Notes under the pieces: generated by a model
Databases searched by the model: none
What the model saw: the letters and a program-made list of their open reading frames with translations, nothing else
What the model was told of the DNA's origin: nothing
Assembly (NCBI GenBank): GCA_965287045.1
Contig: OZ336888.1
Location: forward strand, 11,718,001 to 11,782,000
Direction: 5' to 3'
From: Carcharhinus amblyrhynchos
Taxonomy: Eukaryota
Length of the DNA: 64,000 nucleotides
Position numbers and translations under genes: made by a program
Shown here: positions 12,890 through 26,049 of the stretch, in pieces
Layout: every line of letters begins with the position of its first letter
Numbering within the stretch: the first letter of the stretch is position 1

Positions 12890-13790
12890 TAATTTCTAAT
12901 CGGATTGGGCAGGATGGATTCAGAAAGAATGTTCCTGATGGTGGGGCAGTCTAGAACTGAGGTTAATGGTTCAATGATAAAACTTCTTAGGAATGAGGTG
13001 AGGGGAAATTCCTTCACCCAGACGGTGGTGAATGTGTAGAATTCACTACCACAGAAAGTAGTTGAAGCCAAAAACTGTGTGCAGTTTTGGTCACCGCACT
13101 TATGCAAGGATATTTTGGCCTTGGAGGGAGTGCAGAGGAGGTTTACTAGGCTGATACCGGAGTTGAGGGGGTTGAGCTATGAGGAGAGGCTGAATAAACT
13201 AGGCTTGTACTCGTTAGAGTTTAGAAGAATGAGGGGTGATCTCATTGAGACATATAAGATGATGAATGGGATGGATAGGATAGAGGTGGAGAGACTCTTC
13301 CCGCTCAGAAAGGATAGTAGGACTAGGGGGCACAGCCTCAAGATAAAGGGGGGGCGGTTTAGAACGGAGTTGAGGAGGAACTTCTTCACTCAAAGGGTGG
13401 TGAATCTCTGGAATTCTCTGCCCGTTGAAGTGGTGGAGGCTGCCTCGCTAAATATTTTTAAGATGCGGGTTGATGGGTTTTTGATAAGCGAGGGGATTAA
13501 GGGTTATGGGGAGAGGGCGGGAATGTGGAACTGAGCCACGACAGATCAGCCATGATCTTATTGAATGGCGGGGCAGGCTCGAAGGGCTGGATGGCCTACT
13601 CCTGCTCCTATTTCTTATGTTCTTATGTAAAACACTGTGTGATTTCAAGAAGAAATTAGATGTAGCTCTTGAGGCTAAAGGGATATGTGAGGAAGGAGGG
13701 ATTGGGATATTGAATTTGATGATCAAGATGAATGGTGGAGTAAGCTCGAAGAACCAAATGACCTACTCCTGCTTCCAGTTTCTATGCAAC
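12890..13790 (+). mobile_element. Older CR1 3' end interrupted by the young CR1
   Basis: 12890-13074 and 13629-13790 join to match the CR1 copies at 23225-23790 and 54765-55135. Confidence 0.8.
13075..13628 (+). mobile_element. Young 5'-truncated CR1 LINE (ORF2 C-terminus plus 3' UTR)
   Basis: Uninterrupted ORF 13079-13534 QFWSPH...LEGVQRRFTRLIP...RRMRGDLIETYK...FFTQRVVNLWNSLP; ends in (TTCTTATG)n. Confidence 0.92.
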
Positions 13791-14637
13791 TTTGGATGAT
13801 GATGCTTTAAAACTGTCAACACACAACAGCAGCGACTTGCAACATAGTGTTTCCTCCTAATTACTGCCAGTTATTAAAAGTAAACAAAGGATTGTTCAGC
13901 GGCAGACCGGTAACAAGCATATTTTCCCATTTTCAGCACAATGTTAGGCTTCTCCTCCACATCAGCTACAATGTGTGACCTCCAGCTGTACGTGGCACAG
14001 AATTAATGGGAAGTCAGTTAGCACAGACTGGTCTTACTGCTGGATAGTTTCCAGGCAACAAAAGAGAGAGAAAGAACGAGAGCGAGGACAACGCAGAAGA
14101 AAAGACAGAGAGGGAAAGAAATAATTTATATAATGTCTTTCACCAGCTCAGAGCTTTTGAAAACGCTTTATAACCAATGTGCTTTTTGTGCCGTGAAGCA
14201 GTATTGAAGTGTCACTATTGTGACGGAGGAAATACAGCAGCCAATTTGTACATAGTGTTACGGTGGAAATCAGATTTTTGGCATCCTCACACGCACAGTA
14301 AAACATAGAAACCAGTGTTTCCCGATTCTCTCTGGATTTTCCGACTGCGTCTCCATTCTCTCCGAAGGTGAACTCAGGATGAAAATTGCCTGAAATAAGG
14401 TATTTTGCTGGACAGCAGTTTAGAGAGAATAGGAGGGGTCCCTTAACATTTTTAATAGTATAGGGAGGTGCCGTGACTTATAAAAGGAGGCACCCATCAC
14501 AGCCTCCTCACAAACAGCAATGCCAACTGCCCCATCACACTTTCTCATCAACTCTCCAGCCCGGTGAACCACCTAGCGTCTGATCTTTCCAACCCCATGC
14601 CTGTTCAACTCACCCTTCCCTGTATTGACCCTGTGGA

Positions 14638-15095
14638 CTCATAGAATTATAGAATCCTACAATGCAGAAGGAGGCCATAAGAACATAACAACATAAGAAC
14701 ATAAGAAATAGGAGCAGGAGTAGGCCATCTGGCCCTTCGAGCCTGCCCCGCCATTCAATAAGATCATGGCTGATCTGTCGTGGCTCAGTTCCACTTTCCC
14801 GCCATTCTGCCCATCAAGTCTGCACTGCCCACAATCCCACCCAGGCCCTATCCTCATAACTCCATGCATTTACCCTAGCCGGTCCCCTGACATTAGTGGG
14901 CAATTTAGCATGGTCAATGCACCTAACCCGCACATCTTCAGACTGTGGGAGAAAACCGGCGCGCCCAAAGGAAACCCACGCAGACATGGGGAGAACATAT
15001 AAAGTCCACACAGACAGTGACCCAAGTGGAGAATCAAATCCAGGTCCCTGGTGCTGTGACTCAGTAGTGCTAATCACTATGCTACGGTGTTGCCC
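14638..15095 (-). mobile_element. HE1-type SINE, tail A, with nested CR1
   Basis: Full head and tail around 14679-14800. Confidence 0.9.
14679..14800 (-). mobile_element. Young CR1 3' UTR fragment nested in an HE1 tail
   Basis: Closely matches the reverse complement of ~13515-13628; flanked by GCCAT at 14674-14678 and 14801-14805. Confidence 0.85.
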
Positions 15096-16082
15096 CAATG
15101 CCCCAGCGATCTAGCTCTCTCTGATCCGCTCCACATCTCCCTCCAGAATATCAATTCGCTCCTGGGCAAGGCCCTCACAATCCATTAGCTTATTGTAGCT
15201 AACTGCACCGAGATGATGGGGATCTGGTTGAATGGTGGTGGCAACTTCCCCCTAACTGACGCGTCGCTACTTGATTAAAACCTTTCCCCACTTGCCCCTG
15301 CAAAACTGTGGTGGTGGTGGTGGTGTGGCTCTTATAATCGCATCTCATCTTGGTCAGACTCCTTACACCTCTGGCACTTTGAGGCCCTCAGCTTGTTCCA
15401 TCCTAAACCCTCTGAGTTACCTGAACTCCTCTAACCCCCAACTTCAATAACTCCACTACTGGTAGCCATGCTTTCAGCTGTCTGCATCTTAAACTCTGGA
15501 ATTCCCTCCCTAAACCTCTCTATCTCTCTTTCTTTCCTTCTAAGTTTAAGACATTCCTTAAAATCTATCTGTCTGTCCTCATATCTTCTTCGGTCTCATT
15601 TTCTTTTGTACAATATCTCTGTGAAGTGACTCAGGATCTTTTATCAGGTTAAAGGGTTTTATATATATATGTATATACACAAAGTTGTTTTTGTTGTCAA
15701 GTGCTATTGAGGTGTGGTTTATCAGTTTAGTGTATGAGAGGGATGAAATGCTGGTGACATTTTTCATTGTGTGGAAAACGATTCAATAATTAAATCTAGC
15801 TCCCTCCTCCACATTTCATTAAAAAGCATTCCATTCCATATTGCCTTGTCTAGTATCATCGCTCATGCCTATTTGCTTTGCAATTGCCTTAATTACAAAA
15901 AAAAAGTGCAGGTCATGCAGCGAAAACAGTGAGAACGAACCGAGAAGGTGGGGTGAACGGAAGAAAAGTAAAGAGAGCAATAAATGAATTTGGGATGAGG
16001 TTAGTGGGGCAGGGGAGAGCAGAGCAAATAGACTGGCTGGCCAAAGGAAGTAAGAAGCTAATATTCTAGGAATGGGAGAAGA

Positions 16083-16700
16083 AATCACGCAAACCAGCCT
16101 CCTATCCCTGCCTTGGAAAAGCAGCCAGTGTAATCAAGGACCCCACGTACCCAGGACATTCTCTCTTCCACCTTCTTCCATCGGGAAAAAGATAAAAAAG
16201 ACTGACTCAAGAACAGCTTCTACCCTGCTACCATCAGATTTTTGAAAGGACCTTCTCTGGGGCAGCACTGTGGCACTGTGGTCAGCACTGCTGCCTCACT
16301 GTGCCAGGGACCAGGATTCAATTCCCAGCTTGGGTCACTGTCTGTGTGGAGTTTGCATGTTCTCCCCATGTCTGTGTGGGTTTCTTATGGGTGCTCTGGT
16401 TTCCTCCCATAGTCCAAAGATGTGCCGGTTAGGTGCATTGGCCATGCTAAATTCTCCCTCAGTGTACCCGAACAGGGGCTGGATTGTGGCGACTAGGGGA
16501 TTTTCACAATAACTTCATTGCTTTGACAAATAAATAAACGCAGCTGTGACACTACATTCTGTAGTGTCTCTTCTTTCTGTAGTGTCTCTCCTTTCCTTCT
16601 CTATGAACGTTACGCTTGGTCTGTATAGAATGCCAGAAACAATACTTTGCAGTGTATTCTAATACATGTGACAATAATAATAAGTCTAATCAAATCGAAT
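16083..16700 (+). mobile_element. Rex1-like LINE 3' end with nested HE1 SINE
   Basis: Matches 22050-22425 on both sides of 16259-16538. Confidence 0.75.
16259..16538 (+). mobile_element. HE1-type SINE, tail B
   Basis: Full match. Confidence 0.9.
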
Positions 16701-18589
16701 CAAGAAAAGGAAGAGAAATGGGTGGGCAGTGAACAACTGGCTGGCTGACAGGGAGAGAAAACAAGTTGATGCAATGAATGTCAGCAATGAGGAAGTATGA
16801 GAGCAGTAAATCCACCCTAGAGGGGACATTGGTAGCAGGAAAAGCAGATAGACAGATGAGTAAAATTTTTGCGCAGCACTTTGGGAATAAAGCACCTACT
16901 TTCCAATTCACGCACTGTTAAAACATATTGTCAAAGCGTACTGGATGCAACTCAACTCTGTTCCAGCCAGACGACAGGACACAGAATACCCGATGCTTAT
17001 TCTGGTTCCAATGAATTCCCATTTGCACAGGAGTCTGTACAATTTTAGTCACTCGAACCAGGATTTCAGAGCTTCTCGCATAGATTTTTGCATAAATCTG
17101 CAGCCTTACACTGGCTGAGACTCATTTGAAATGAATTCTGCAATGCAAAATGCTGTTCAATAATGCATTACAGCACATGCATACATGATGTTCAATAATA
17201 TATGAACACCTGCAATTCATAGAAAGCATCTAATATTTAACAAGCCACGGCGCACTGGGTTTTATTTCATACAGCACGACTGATCCCAAATTTAGAACTT
17301 GAAATGTGTTTCAAGAAATAGAAGGCATTCTGTCATAGATCTCCTTCCTCTTGGTCATGAATAATTTAAATAAGTTTCCCCAGGCATTAATCAACAGAAA
17401 TACAAAATCACATTTAATTTCCATCTCTCTCAAATCCTAATCTTTACATCCTCTTTTATATCTTAAGTTGGAAACAAAGTGAAGGAGGTAAAGAACAACT
17501 CTGAAATTTAGTGGCAGTAATTTGTTTCCAGGAGGAGATTGGATTGATTTTAAATGCACTCTGCTTTCATTGCCTTGAGAAGTCAATGCTTCGTGCATTC
17601 CAGCTAGATCCTTCAACCCCCATAGCGTTGTCTATAATTTAACCATAAAAATCCCCGCGCCAATTTATTTGTATTTCCTGAGCTGGTGTTAGAACAGAAT
17701 GACCAGCTTTAATTCACTTCACAATAATATATCTACTGCGGATTGCCACACATGTCTTTGCTGATGGGTGTATAAGAGAAAAAACAGGAAAATTGTGTCT
17801 TTAAACGAGGAAGCTGCAGTGGATTGTGCAAAGGTGAAGACTTGGTGACAGTTGGTGGGATTCTCCCAAAAGAAAGCCACGTGCCCAAATGGGTGGGAAG
17901 ACGGGAGTAGTTCCTGCCAGTCTTTTTTGGGCGTACTTACTTGAATGAATTTCCAACACTCTGTGCATCACAGAGTCTTTTAGAGAGATTCACACTGGAA
18001 AGCAGGGTCGGGGGGGAGCAGTTATAGACACTGCTGGTGGGAACCTCTCCCAGTGGAGAGGGATTCGAACAGGCTCACAGACTACACCTCCCCAGGCCTG
18101 CTAATCATATGGAAATTGCTGTTTCCATATGGTAATCAGCTCCAGTGCAGAGTTATTGCACTTAAAAAAGTGTTTGGGGGGGGCTCATAATGACACTGCG
18201 GGTTCCCTGTTGCTGTCTCCCAGCCTCTGCACTACTCGAGAATCCCAACCTGTTTTTTCCACTTTAAATTGTATTTTTGTGTGACAATCTTGCTGTGGTT
18301 GTGCACCGTGCGATGCTTCTAACTTCTACCGAGTTCTGGATAGTTGTGGATGCTCGCACCACCTCCCACGAGGAGACTGCAGCAAGCTCAGTTCCAGGGA
18401 TATAATAAACCGTGAGCTGGATCTTGTTGGAGTGACGGTGGCCCCCATTGGCTGGCCAGAAAGCTGGAGGCAATCCCCCACCTTTTGGGGGGGAGCCCCG
18501 ACTGGATTCTGCGGTAATCGCCCCAGCCCAGTGAGTTGCTGCTCATTCCTTGAAGGGACAAGATCCCACCCCTGGCCAGCCAGAGGACA

Positions 18590-18668
18590 CAGTAAGGAGT
18601 CTCACAACACAGGTTAAAGTCCAACAGGTTTATTTGGTAGTAAAATCCATTAGCTTTCGGAGTGCTTG
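18590..18668 (-). mobile_element. Penelope-like family 1 fragment
   Basis: agtctcacaacacaggttaaagtccaacaggtttatttggtag...agctttcggagtgc matches the reverse complement of the 35.9 kb copy. Confidence 0.65.
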
Positions 18669-19075
18669 CTGCCAGAGGACCATCAGCTCTTCAGTCTCAG
18701 CAGTGCTGCTGGGAGCAGTGGCCACTGCTGGAACTGCACCCTAGCTGAGAGGCTCAGCGAACGAGGACGTGCGGGTGAGGGCCAAAGGGATGAGTAAATG
18801 TGCACAAAGGCTGATGGGTCTTTGGGTTGTTGTATTGCTGCAAACTGCGTGCAGCCACAGTGCTAAAAATGTTGGCATTTGCTAACATTGACGCTAATTC
18901 CTCCAGACCTACGTCGGAAAATGTCCCCACTCTCTCAGCTCTTCGAACAAAGAATGAACAGCAGCACAACACGGGGACGGGCCCTTCAGCCCTCCAAGCC
19001 TGTGCCGATCATGATGTCTGCCTAAAGTAAAACCCTTATCAGGTCACCCCTCAACCTCCCTGATATAGTCCCAAC

Positions 19076-20105
19076 AGGCCCGATTTGACCATTGCGTCTC
19101 GTCCGAAAAACTTGGTAAAGTCGGGCGTGAGGCGATTAGCGCGATCTGTGCTCGCACAGATGCCCACTTTACCAAGGCCTGAAAATGGCCGGGATCCGGG
19201 ATGCGCTTGAAATGGGCGCGATGTCAATTTAAATGTATTTGCACGCGTTCAAATTGACTTACTGAGCTCAACGCCCAATCTGAGCAGCATTTACCCCTTT
19301 ACCGCCGCATTCACCCATCCAGATTGAGCGCGAAACAGACCTGCTCGGTAAAGGTCTGCTTTGGGTGCTCCAGCTTCTGAAGCGGTAAGTTCAGAGTTTC
19401 CGGCAGCTCTCTAACTCAGATCGGGGTGGGGGGTGGGGGGGGGGGTGGAATCGAGGAGGTGGGCCAGATCATTCTCTGATGGGGCGGGGGGGGGGGAGGG
19501 GTGGGTTCGATGTAGCTCTGGTGGAGGGGAGGGAGGGGGAGTGAGGAGGGAGGCCAGATCATTCTCTGGTGGGGGGTAGGGGGAGGGGGGGAGGCCGGAT
19601 GGTTCTCTGGTGGGGGGTAGGGGACTGGAAACCAGATGCATCTCTGTTTGGTGGGGGGGTGGGGGGTCGCAGGGAGGTAGGGTCAGAGGTCAGCTGCCAT
19701 TCTGTGAGCGATCGTTGGGGGGGGGGGGAAAGGGGGCAGGGGTCACCATTTGTCTGGGTTGGCTGGGGTGAGTGGATAAGGGGGGACAGTTGTTTTGTGG
19801 GGCAATGTCTGTGGGGGGGTGGGGGGCGATGCCTGTGAGGGCCAGCGCCCTCGGGCCGCTTTATATACTTATTGCATCCCGGGAGCGCTGTGACAGGGGC
19901 GTGTTTTTCAATTTTTGTTTTCACTGCGCACGCGCAGTTCAAAACTCCGATCGGAGTTGCAGCGTTTCAGGTGCTCTAAGCCCCGTCCACAGCGCGATTC
20001 AGACCAGCAATTTTTTTTTTCAGGCTGAGTGTGTACGGGGACACCTGAAAGCAGGTTTCCAAGCCCAGATTCAGCACTTAGAATGAAAACGGTAAAATCA
20101 GGCCT
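19076..20105. mobile_element. Non-autonomous TIR DNA transposon with a G-rich interior
   Basis: AGGCCCGATTTGACC ... GGTAAAATCAGGCCT; CpG-rich; subtermini resemble 47750-48812 in the opposite orientation. A PIF/Harbinger-like assignment is inference. Confidence 0.7.
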
Positions 20106-20870
20106 GACGTTGTATAAATCTTTAGAGTCAGAACACATTCTCCCTCCTTCACTGTTTGTCTTTACTATGTTTATCATCCCTCTGATCCTTGGCTTAGTTT
20201 TTGATTTCACTGCGTCAGTTTTCTCCACGCTAACTTCCTTCTAGCTGATCACGGCCTTTAGTGACTATTGCTTCCCCTTGGTGTGTAGCTGTTGGGTTGG
20301 CTTTAGACATACAATCCATTTTTCAAAAAATGTGCAACTTTAATTTCTAAATGCTTCAGCACACCTTCTGTCATTTTTAGTCAATTATTGCCAGCGACTG
20401 TGTGACTGAATTTGATCAGTCCTTAGTTATTGTCGAATTTGAAAGCCAGGAGCTGGCTGCTGCAGTATTTAGAATTACAGATTTTAGACTTTCCATTCAC
20501 ATATTTCTCGGCTTGACAGTAGGCCCAGAGTACATTGCTGAGCTTGCATTACAATCACACAGTCTGCTGCCTAGCTTCATGTAAATGACTGTGGCATGGC
20601 ACCGTGTCTATCTTAAAGTAAACAGCTCTGTTCACCGAGAGGTTGACTGTCATTCAATGCCATCTGATTCTCTTCCAATCTCTGCCGCACTGAACTTTCT
20701 CTTTCATTCTTTTGCTCATTGGACAAGAATGTTTCAGCTTTTGCTTTGCAAATTTCGCAGAGAAATCAACGGCAGGGATTCTGGGGCCCTACCACGAGGT
20801 GTCTCCCCTGTGATGTTACTGTGCCTTAAAGAAATGTTCCTTCACGGGATGTTGTCAACACTGTGTCATC

Positions 20871-21913
20871 TGTAACTGATGCCCTTTATTGCAGCTGAGG
20901 CAGCATAATTGATATCATGCTGATTTTAATCTAGACTAATGCATTGTCCTGTGGTTTAATGGTCCTTTGGGGATTGCTGAATGGAGCTTGATTTGGGGGT
21001 AATTGACAGGTCAGGTGACATGCCTGGGGGCAGTTTTTAAACAGAAAAGTCCAAGTTTTAGCTGTTTTATTCAGGAGTAGCTGGAAGTGGAGAGAAGAAA
21101 CAGTGCTCTTTCCCTTCCACTGGAGTTGGAGATCTTAGTTTTGTTTCTCAGTTGCTGCTAGAACTGTATCTCCCTCTCCCTAGAGGCTTTTTGGAAAGTT
21201 CCAGGACTGGGAAACCTCAGCGATTTAAACCATCATTCAAAGGACCAATTCACAGTGGGTGTTAAAAAGCTCAAAACCCACCATCACGTGAGCATACATG
21301 TTCCTGTGCCAAGTCTGAGGGTGTGTGTCTTTGGAATACTGTTTAACTTGGAACAACATAGGTAGCCAGCTGTTAAGGTTTATGCTGTTTTATGTTTAGT
21401 TCTTGTTAATGGTAAAAACAATGCTAAATCTTTTTGTTATATTTTAACCGTGTTCTTAAATAAACTTTGTTTGATAAAAGCTTCCTAGTGGGTCATTTGA
21501 ATCATACCTGGAGTTAAACCGTTGTAAGATCACCCGTGCCAAAATTATGTAAAACTTGGGTCTAAAGTTATGTTTATTTATTAGTGTCATAAGTAGGCTT
21601 ACATTCTCATTGCAATGAAATTACTGTGAAAATCCTCTAGCCACCATACTCTGGTGTCTCTTCGGGTGCACTGAAGGGGAATTTAGCATGGCCAATGCAC
21701 TTAACCAACACATCTTTCAGACTGTGGGAGGAAACCAGAGCACCCAGAGGAAATCTACACAGACAGGGAGAGCGTGCAAACTCACTGCACAGACAGTGAC
21801 CTAAGCCAGGAATCGAACCCAGGTTATTGTTGCTATGAGGCAGCAGTGCTAACCACTGTGCCATCATGCTAACTCTGTAAAACATCTTGGAGTTTCTGGT
21901 TGGGGTCGTAACC
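20871..21913 (+). mobile_element. Solo LTR-like repeat with nested HE1
   Basis: Starts TGTAAC, ends GTAACCA, contains AATAAA; 3' part matches the reverse complement of 58610-58886. Confidence 0.55.
21564..21870 (-). mobile_element. HE1-type SINE, tail B, nested in an LTR-like repeat
   Basis: Full match. Confidence 0.9.
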
Positions 21914-22049
21914 ACCATCCCCCCCTCCCTTCCCCTGGCAAATGTGGCAGACCATTTGATTTGCCGTTGATTTCAGGGGACAATAATATTTCACTGGGCA
22001 GGAGAGCAACTACTAAAGGAACTCCAAAAGGTCGTGAATATAATCCAAT

Positions 22050-22425
22050 CCATCACACAAACAGCCTCCAATTGACTCTGTCTACACTTCCCACTGCCTC
22101 AGCAAAGCAGTCAGCATAATTAAGGACACCACACACCCGGGGCATTCTCTCTTTCACCTTCTTTCTTTGAGAAAAAGATACAAAAGTCGGAGATTATGTA
22201 CCAACCGACTCAAGAACAGCTTCTTCCCTGCTGCTGTAGGACTTTTGAATGGACTTACCTTGCATTAAGTTGATCTTTCTCTATACCCTAACTATGACTG
22301 TAACACTACATTCTGCACTCTCTCATTTCCTTCTCTATGAACGGTATGTTTTGTCTGTATAGCACACAAGAAACAATACTTTTCACTGTATGTTAATACA
22401 TGTGACAATAATAAATCAAATCAAT
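22050..22425 (+). mobile_element. Rex1/Babar-like LINE 3' end
   Basis: Encodes HPGHSLFHLL...KRYKS...TNRLKNSFFPAAVGLLN; ends AATAAATCAAATCAA. Clade assignment is from motif recognition. Confidence 0.75.
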
Positions 22426-23224
22426 TCTTTCCCTATCTGCGTGCAATTACTTTCAGCTGTATTCAACGTCCTGAATGCGAAGGCTATCTCTTCACCTGTG
22501 GGCATTCAGTGGGAAGCCACCACCCCAATGCCATAAGATGAAACATCACATGCCAACTGTAGGGGTAAATTTGGATCAAAATGTGTGAGGACTTCTTTGG
22601 CTTTGGTTTTGGCTTGCGTGAATGCTCTCTCCACCCATTTCACTTTTTATTTTGGCACTGCAGATTGTTCAAGGTTTTTAGAATAGTCATCAGATTGGGG
22701 AAAAACCTTCCGCAGTAATTTAGTAAGCCTAAGAAAGATAGACGTTGGTTCACATTCTGAGATGTGAGTGCCTCAGAAATGGCTTTGACTTTCAAAGGCA
22801 ACTTAGCATCAATGACACATCCCAGATATTCAATCAAAGATTGGAAAAGTGTGCATTTGTCTTTTTGGACTCTTAATCCAAAATCTTCTAGTCTCTGGAG
22901 TGTGGCATCTAGGTTGCCTCATTTCTTTTTCCAGTGACCAGGATGTCACTGAAGTAACACTGGACTCCATCTAGTCTGCTTACGATTTGGTCCATAGTTT
23001 GTTGGAACACCACTGGTACGGAAGTGATATCAGATGGTAATCTTGGATATCGAAATAATCCTTTATGTGCCGCAATCATCAAAGTGTTGTAAATCTGGAT
23101 TCACGATCATTTTATCATATGCTTGACTGAGATCAATTTTACTGAAGTGTTAACCTCCACCCAACCAACAAATAAGTCTTTGAATTATGAGTAGAATGAG
23201 TGGAATGGTACTGTGAAGGTTTAC

Positions 23225-23790
23225 CAGGCTAATTGTTATTTGAAGAGAGACTAAATTGATTCGGATTATATTCACTGGAATTTAGAAGAGTGAGAGGGGA
23301 TCCCATGGAAACTTATAAAATGCTAACAGGGTCAGACAGGATAGATTCAGAAAGAATTCTTTGATTTGAATTTTTTATTGTCACATGTATTAGCATACAG
23401 TGAAACGTATTGTTTCTTGTGGGCTATACAGACAAAGCATACCGTCCATAGAGAGGGAGAGTGCAGAATGTAGTGTTACAGTCATAGCTAGGGTGTAGAG
23501 AAAGATCAACTTAACGCAAGGTAGATCCATTCAAAAGTCTGATGGCAGCAGGGAAGGAGCTGTTCTTGAGTTGGTTGGTAGTTTGAGGATAAGGGGTAAA
23601 CCTTTTAGAATTGAGAAATTGCTTCACCCAGAGGGTTGTAAATGTGTGGAATTCACTACTACAAAAAGTAGTTGAGGCCAAAGGGTTGTCTGATTTCAAG
23701 AAGAAATTAGATAAAACTCTTGAGGCTAAAGGGGTCAAGGGATATGGGGGGAAGGAGAATCAGGCCTACCCCTGCTTCTAGTTTCTATGC
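23225..23790 (+). mobile_element. CR1 3' end nested in Gypsy, itself interrupted by a Rex1-like LINE
   Basis: Matches the 54765-55135 copy on both sides of 23362-23580. Confidence 0.8.
23362..23580 (-). mobile_element. Rex1-like LINE 3' end
   Basis: TNQLKNSSFPAAIRLLN plus the same 3' UTR, reversed. Confidence 0.75.
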
Positions 23791-24629
23791 TCTACACACA
23801 GTTGCCCAATCATTCAGATTAATGGGTTTGAGGACTCCCATTTTAACCAGGCATTCTATCTCCACCTTAGATCTGATTGTGTACAGCACTGATCTAGACA
23901 TTAAGCATCTTGCCTGGCTTTCTTCCTCGATCTTCAACTTTACTGAGATATCCATCATGCTTCCCAGCTCTCTGTTGAATACAATGGGGTGCTTCTTCAA
24001 GACGTTGGGTAGTCTGATTCGGTACCGTGGCCCAATTTAGTCTGAACTTATCCAGCCAGGTCCTTCTCATTAGTCCTAGATAATTTCCTTTGACTATGTG
24101 CAAGGACAAATCTGTAGTCAGTCCATTTAGTTACACCGTTACATCAATATGGTCCCTCAATGGAACTGATTCCCCAATGATGGCTTTAGGTTGCTTGCAG
24201 CAGTGTTCCTTAGAATAATCTCTAAATTCCTGGATATTAGAGTCATAGAGGTTTACAGCATGGAAACAGGCCCTTTGGCCTAACTTGTCCATGCCATCCT
24301 TTCTTTTTAAACCCCTAAGCTAGTCCCAATGGCCCGTATTTGGCACATATTGCTCTAACCCATCTTACCCATGTAACTGTCTATAGAGTTATAGAGTCAG
24401 ATTCCTGGACAATCCAAGAAGATTGGCAATTCTAGATCCATCCCACTGGATTGCTGTTCAACTGCTGATGCCAAAAGCTAACTCACAATGTATGAATCTA
24501 ATCTCTGACCAGCTAGCTGGATGGAATATTGCTAAATCTTTGCATTCAGCCTTTCTGTAAATAATTCCCACTTCTTAGTTCCTCAGTTATAGACTGCATA
24601 GTGACTTAAGTTGTAGTACATGTACATTA

Positions 24630-25000
24630 ATCACAGAATCACAAAATAGCCCCATCCAGTCTGCATTGATGCATGAAATGCCCTGGCCTGCCCACCTGAT
24701 CCCACTTGCCAGCACTTGGCCCATAGCCTTGAATGTTACGGCGTGTCAAGTACTCATCCAGGTATTTTATAAAGGATGTGAGGCATCCCGCCTCCACCAC
24801 TCTCCCAGGCAGTGCATTCCAGACCGTCACCACCCTCTGACAAAAAGATTTTTTCTCGAACCCCCCGAAACCTCCCATCTCTCACTTTTAACTTGCGTCC
24901 CCTCATAAGTGACCCTTCAACTAAGGGGAACAGCTGCTCCCTATCCACCCTGTCCTTGCCCCTCATAATTTCAATCAGATCGTCCCTCGGTCTTCACTGC
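24630..25000 (-). mobile_element. CR1 3' end
   Basis: ORF remnants DRVDREQLFPLVEGS and QRVVTVWNALPGRVVEAG. Confidence 0.85.
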
Positions 25001-25386
25001 TCTGCTCATTAAGGCTGCTCAGTCATTATAGTCTTTTTGGGAGGGCAGAATATCTAAATATACAATTGACATCCATTTTCAACTGCAAGAAAAATCAATT
25101 TTGACATACTTGAGAGTGTTCAAGATGCAATGTTCCTTTCAGTCAAGTTAAATTAGTTTAAATAAAGCAATTTTTCCAGACCCATGGTCGATGGGGCAAA
25201 TAATTGTGCTTTCACGGAAAGTCTTCTCCGTTTATGTATTCTGAGAAATACATTGAATGTTCTCCATCATTACCTTTTATCAAAAAAAGAGAATGTTTTT
25301 TTGCAAACAGAGTTCACAAGCCTCACAAGATTAGAAAAATAATAATTCCCCACTCCCTACATGCTTATAGGATTGGAAGGGCCCCC

Positions 25387-25731
25387 CAGCACGGTAGCAC
25401 AGTGGTTACCACTGCTGTTTCGCAGCTCCAGGGACCTGGGTTCGATTCCCAGCTCGGGTCACTGTCTGTGTGGAGTTTGCACATTCTCTCCGTGTCTGTG
25501 TGTGTGTTTCCTCCGGGTGCTCCGGTTTCCTCCCACAGCCCAGTGATGTGCGGGTTAGGTTGATTGGCCATGCTAAAATTGCCCCTTAGTGTCCTGAAAT
25601 GCGTAGGTTAGAGGGTTTAGTGGGTAAAATATGTAGGGACATGGGGGTAGGGCCGGTGTGGGATTGTAGTCGGTGCAGTCTCGATGGGCTGAAGGGCCTC
25701 TTTCTGCACTGTAGGATTCTATGATTCTATA
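25387..25731 (+). mobile_element. HE1-type SINE, tail A, well preserved
   Basis: cagcacggtagcacagtggtt...gggttcgattccc; ends gattctatgattctat. Confidence 0.92.
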
Positions 25732-26049
25732 AAAAAAGGTAATTGATTCAGAGTCAATTAGCAAGCAGAATTATTCATGCAAGAATTTGGAATCTACACC
25801 TAGTGCCCCTTGGAATAGGTATTGTGGGAAGCAGATGCATTCACTTTGGACTCAGGCTGAAGTCAGTTGATCATCTCTCCACAGAATTATGTTGTAAATG
25901 ATCTTAAAAGGTAGAAATGGATGGCTGTTAGGGTATATATTTGCCTTTATATTGTATGTGTGCAGGTACGGTTTGATTACTACAGATCCTTTATCCAAAA
26001 ACTAAACACATTGAAAACCCGCACGTTTGTTTTGAACTCTCATCGATAT

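Larger units (their letters stand above)
22430..24200 (-). mobile_element. Ty3/Gypsy pol fragment related to the 50-56 kb element
   Basis: KHPIVFNRELGSM...DWAT, IEYLGCVIDA...SFLGLLNYCGRF and LACDVSSYGIG-like remnants. Confidence 0.85.

Noticed and set aside
25387-25460. tRNA gene (and similar heads elsewhere)
   Set aside because: The A/B boxes belong to SINE heads that continue into the V-domain; they are not free-standing tRNAs.
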